From: an uncultured Gemmataceae bacterium
GTDB taxonomy: Bacteria; Planctomycetota; Planctomycetia; Gemmatales; Gemmataceae
Direction: 5' to 3'
Assembly (NCBI GenBank): GCA_963750165.1
Contig: CAVVPN010000004.1
Location: forward strand, 416,001 to 480,000
DNA length: 64,000 nucleotides
Shown: one piece after another, positions 61,384 through 64,000 of the stretch
How the letters are laid out: every line of letters starts with the position of its first letter
How positions within the stretch are numbered: the stretch's first letter is position 1
Notes under the pieces: model-generated
What the model was told of the DNA's origin: nothing
What the model saw: the letters and a program-made list of their open reading frames with translations, nothing else
The model's database searches: none
Made by a program: the position numbers and the translations under genes

Positions 61384-63654
61384 ATGAAGACCGACACCCC
61401 CGCGAATGAACTGGAACGCCGCAAATATGTGCGGCTGCGCATCCGCGCCGACCTGGAGATCGCGCCTCAAAAATATGAGGGCCGCACCTACTATGTCGTC
61501 AAGGACCCGGTGAGCCTGCGCTACTACCGGTTCAAGGAACAGGAACACTTCCTGATCCGCTACATGGACGGCACCCACACCCTGGACGACGCGCAAAAGG
61601 AATTTGAGAAGCGCTTCCGTCCGGATCGGCTGACGCTCGAGGACCTGGAGCAGTTCGGCCAGCAGTTGCTGACGGCCGGCCTCGCGCAGAACGAGGCGCC
61701 CAACGCCGGCAAACAGCTCTACGACCGCCGCAAGAAGCGCGTCCGCTCCGAATGGATGCAGACGCTCACCAACATCCTCTACATCAAGATTCCTGTCTTC
61801 GACCCGGACAAGATTCTGAAGCGGATGGTGCCGTGGACGTGGTGGATGTTCACGACCACGTTCCTGTTTCTGTCGCTGGGTGTGATGCTGTCGGCAGTGC
61901 TGCTGGTGCTGACGCACTTCCAGACGTTCCAGTCGCGGCTACCGTCCTACCACGAGTTCTTCAGCTTCAAGACGGTCGCCTACCTGTGGGTCGCCCTCGG
62001 CGCGGTCAAGGTGATCCACGAGTTCGGCCACGGCCTGAGTTGTAAATCCTTCGGCGGCGAAGTTCACGAAATGGGCTTTCTGTTTCTGTGTTTTTCGCCG
62101 TGCATGTATTGCAACGTTTCCGACGCCTGGACGCTGCCGAGCAAGTGGAAGCGCATCATCATCAGCGGTGCCGGCATCTACGTGGAACTAATGATCGCGG
62201 CCATCGCCACGTTCGTGTGGTGGAACACGCCGCACCACCCGTTTATCAACTACATGAGCCTGGCGCTCATGGTGGTGTGCAGCGTCAGCACGGTGATGTT
62301 CAACGGCAACCCGCTGATGCGCTACGACGGCTATTACGTGCTGGCCGACTGGATCGAAATCCCCAACCTCCGCGACCGGGCCAACCGCTACCTGAGCCGG
62401 CTGTTCCAGGAATACTGCCTGGGCATCGAAACACAGCCGGAACCGTACATGGCGCTGGGGCGACGCATTCTGTTCGTGGTGTTCGCCATCGTCAGCTACG
62501 TGTATCGCTGGATCATCACCTTCGTCATCCTGAAATTCATGGCCACCTTCCTGAAGCCGTACAAGCTGGAGGTGGTCAGTAACATGTTGGCCGTGGCGGC
62601 GCTGGCCTCGATGGTTGGCTGGCCGCTGTACCGCCTGGGCCAGAACCTGAACAAGCGTGGGAGACTGCCTGACATGAAACCTGTGCGCGTGGCCCTGACC
62701 GCGGCGGCCGCCGCCGCGCTGTTGCTGGTGTTCTTCTTCCTGCCGCTGCCCGTCAGCCGGGTGCGCGAGACCGGTATCGTCCAGGTGCAGCCGGCCTACC
62801 TTGAAAAGGTGCCCGTGCTGGTGCCGGGCCGGTTGGAGAAAATGCCCGTCAAGGAGGGCCAGTTCGTCAAGAAGGGCGACGTGCTCGCCGAGTTCAGCAG
62901 CCGCCAGCTGGCCGAGGAGAAGATCAAGCTGGTCATGGAACTGGAGCGCAGCGCCCAGCAGATCGCGGCGTACAAGGCGCTGCGGTCCAAGTTGAACGCC
63001 AACGCGCCGGAGGACCGCAAGGACCTCGACGACAAGAAGGCCCGGGCTGAGCAGGAGCACGCCGCCGCCCAGAAAAAACTGCAACTCAACGAGTTCCACC
63101 ACAGCAAACTGGTGCTGGTGGCGCCGCGCGACGGTGTGGTCATGGGTCTGCCGACTGTGGACGAGGTGTTCAAAACATGGTCGGAGCAGGACGTGCAACA
63201 GAAGCCGTTCTGCAGCGTCGGCGATCCGAGCAAACTGCGTGTACTGGTGCCGGTGCAGTCCGCCGATTTCGAGCTGATCCGCGACGACCTGCGCAAGAAG
63301 AAGCAGCGCGGCGAAGCGCTGGAGGTGACCATCCGCGTGCAGGGCTTTGACGCCAACACCTGGCGCGGCCACGTCTCGCACCTGCCGGAGGCGATTGACA
63401 AGAAGGTGCCGCTGGCACTGACGAACAAGGGCGGCGGTCCCCTGGCGGTCAAGCCGGGCGCCAGTCCGAACCAGGATCCCAGCCAGATGGAGCCGCAGGT
63501 GCCGGTGTACCTGGTCGGCATCGACATCGTGAGCCCGGGCCGCGCCATGCGGCCGGGCACCATCGGCCAGGTCAAGATTCACTGCGAGTACCGCACCTGC
63601 GCCTGGTGGGCGTGGCGGGCGATTTCGCAGACGTTCGACCTGAGCCTGCTGTAA
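61384..63654 (+). CDS. PqqD/RRE-like domain + site-2 protease (M50) + HlyD-like fusion protein
   Basis: N-terminal YVVKDP...MDGTHTL...LLTAGL winged-helix pattern; membrane-embedded HEFGH, AGIY and NPLMRYDG motifs; VKEGQFVKKGDVL and LVAPRDGVV lipoyl-like halves. Confidence 0.85.
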   Translation: MKTDTPANELERRKYVRLRIRADLEIAPQKYEGRTYYVVKDPVSLRYYRFKEQEHFLIRYMDGTHTLDDAQKEFEKRFRPDRLTLEDLEQFGQQLLTAGLAQNEAPNAGKQLYDRRKKRVRSEWMQTLTNILYIKIPVFDPDKILKRMVPWTWWMFTTTFLFLSLGVMLSAVLLVLTHFQTFQSRLPSYHEFFSFKTVAYLWVALGAVKVIHEFGHGLSCKSFGGEVHEMGFLFLCFSPCMYCNVSDAWTLPSKWKRIIISGAGIYVELMIAAIATFVWWNTPHHPFINYMSLALMVVCSVSTVMFNGNPLMRYDGYYVLADWIEIPNLRDRANRYLSRLFQEYCLGIETQPEPYMALGRRILFVVFAIVSYVYRWIITFVILKFMATFLKPYKLEVVSNMLAVAALASMVGWPLYRLGQNLNKRGRLPDMKPVRVALTAAAAAALLLVFFFLPLPVSRVRETGIVQVQPAYLEKVPVLVPGRLEKMPVKEGQFVKKGDVLAEFSSRQLAEEKIKLVMELERSAQQIAAYKALRSKLNANAPEDRKDLDDKKARAEQEHAAAQKKLQLNEFHHSKLVLVAPRDGVVMGLPTVDEVFKTWSEQDVQQKPFCSVGDPSKLRVLVPVQSADFELIRDDLRKKKQRGEALEVTIRVQGFDANTWRGHVSHLPEAIDKKVPLALTNKGGGPLAVKPGASPNQDPSQMEPQVPVYLVGIDIVSPGRAMRPGTIGQVKIHCEYRTCAWWAWRAISQTFDLSLL

Positions 63655-63668
63655 TCGATCCAGACAAG

Positions 63669-63721
63669 GAGACCGGGAGACAAGGAGACAATCCGGTCTC
63701 CTTGTCTCCCGGTCTCTTTTT
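63669..63721 (+). terminator. 21-bp hairpin built from 8-bp GGAGACAA units, followed by a T-run
   Basis: GAGACCGGGAGACAAGGAGAC / GTCTCCTTGTCTCCCGGTCTC + TTTTT. Confidence 0.6.
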
Positions 63722-63732
63722 GAAGGACACCC

Positions 63733-64000
63733 ATGAAACTCCGTGGCATCATCCCGCCCGTGGCGACGCCGATGCAGGCCAACGAGGACCTCGACCTGCC
63801 GCGTCTGCAATGGTTCCTGGACCACCTCATCGGCGAGGGCGTTCACGGCGTCTTCGTGCTCGGCACCAACAGCGAGTTCTACGCTCTGGACGAGCGCGAG
63901 AAACAGGAGGTGATCGCCACCGCCGTGGCGCACGTGCGCGGCCGGGTGCCGGTGCTCGCCGGCACCGGAGCGGAGTCCACACGTGAGGCGGTGCGGCTCA
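63733..64000 (+). CDS. DapA-family (dihydrodipicolinate synthase-like) protein, 5' part
   Basis: My translation: MKLRGIIPPVATPM...GVHGVFVLGTNSEFYAL...GRVPVLAGTGAEST; it runs off the window edge. Confidence 0.85.
   Translation, partial: MKLRGIIPPVATPMQANEDLDLPRLQWFLDHLIGEGVHGVFVLGTNSEFYALDEREKQEVIATAVAHVRGRVPVLAGTGAESTREAVRL

Overview
This is a GC-rich bacterial window that looks like a planctomycete, probably Gemmataceae-like. The evidence is a planctomycete RxxxExLExRxxPA leader motif, planctomycete-type ECF sigma/Ser-Thr kinase pairs and characteristic REP-like repeats. From left to right it holds: a sulfite reductase hemoprotein, an MMPL transporter and an astacin-like metalloprotease; an ECF sigma + kinase pair divergent from a ~5,400-aa surface protein with nested domain insertions; a ~16.5-kb minus-strand glycogen/pentose-phosphate/phosphoketolase gene run (usp, tkt remnant, tal, xfp, two phosphatases, gnd, pgl, GH13, DUF2090, DUF1269, HdeD-like, glgP, pgm) headed by a consensus sigma-54 promoter; a second ECF + kinase pair, an FHA kinase, an NtrC-type activator, a TrmJ-like methyltransferase and an Aas-like enzyme; a three-gene operon of membrane-fusion (HlyD-like) proteins fused to GAF-like, WD40 and RRE/site-2-protease domains, with no ABC ATPase or TolC; and the start of a DapA-family gene. 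Intergenic regions carry many REP doublets and several TA-bounded MITE-like elements, one of them nested and present twice. Seven genes have single frameshifts that are probably sequencing errors. I saw no rRNA, tRNA, CRISPR array or transposase. The best novel-system candidate is the ABC-less HlyD/site-2-protease operon acting as a leader-recognition and export machine for giant leader-bearing proteins. All family calls come from motif recognition by eye, not from database searches.
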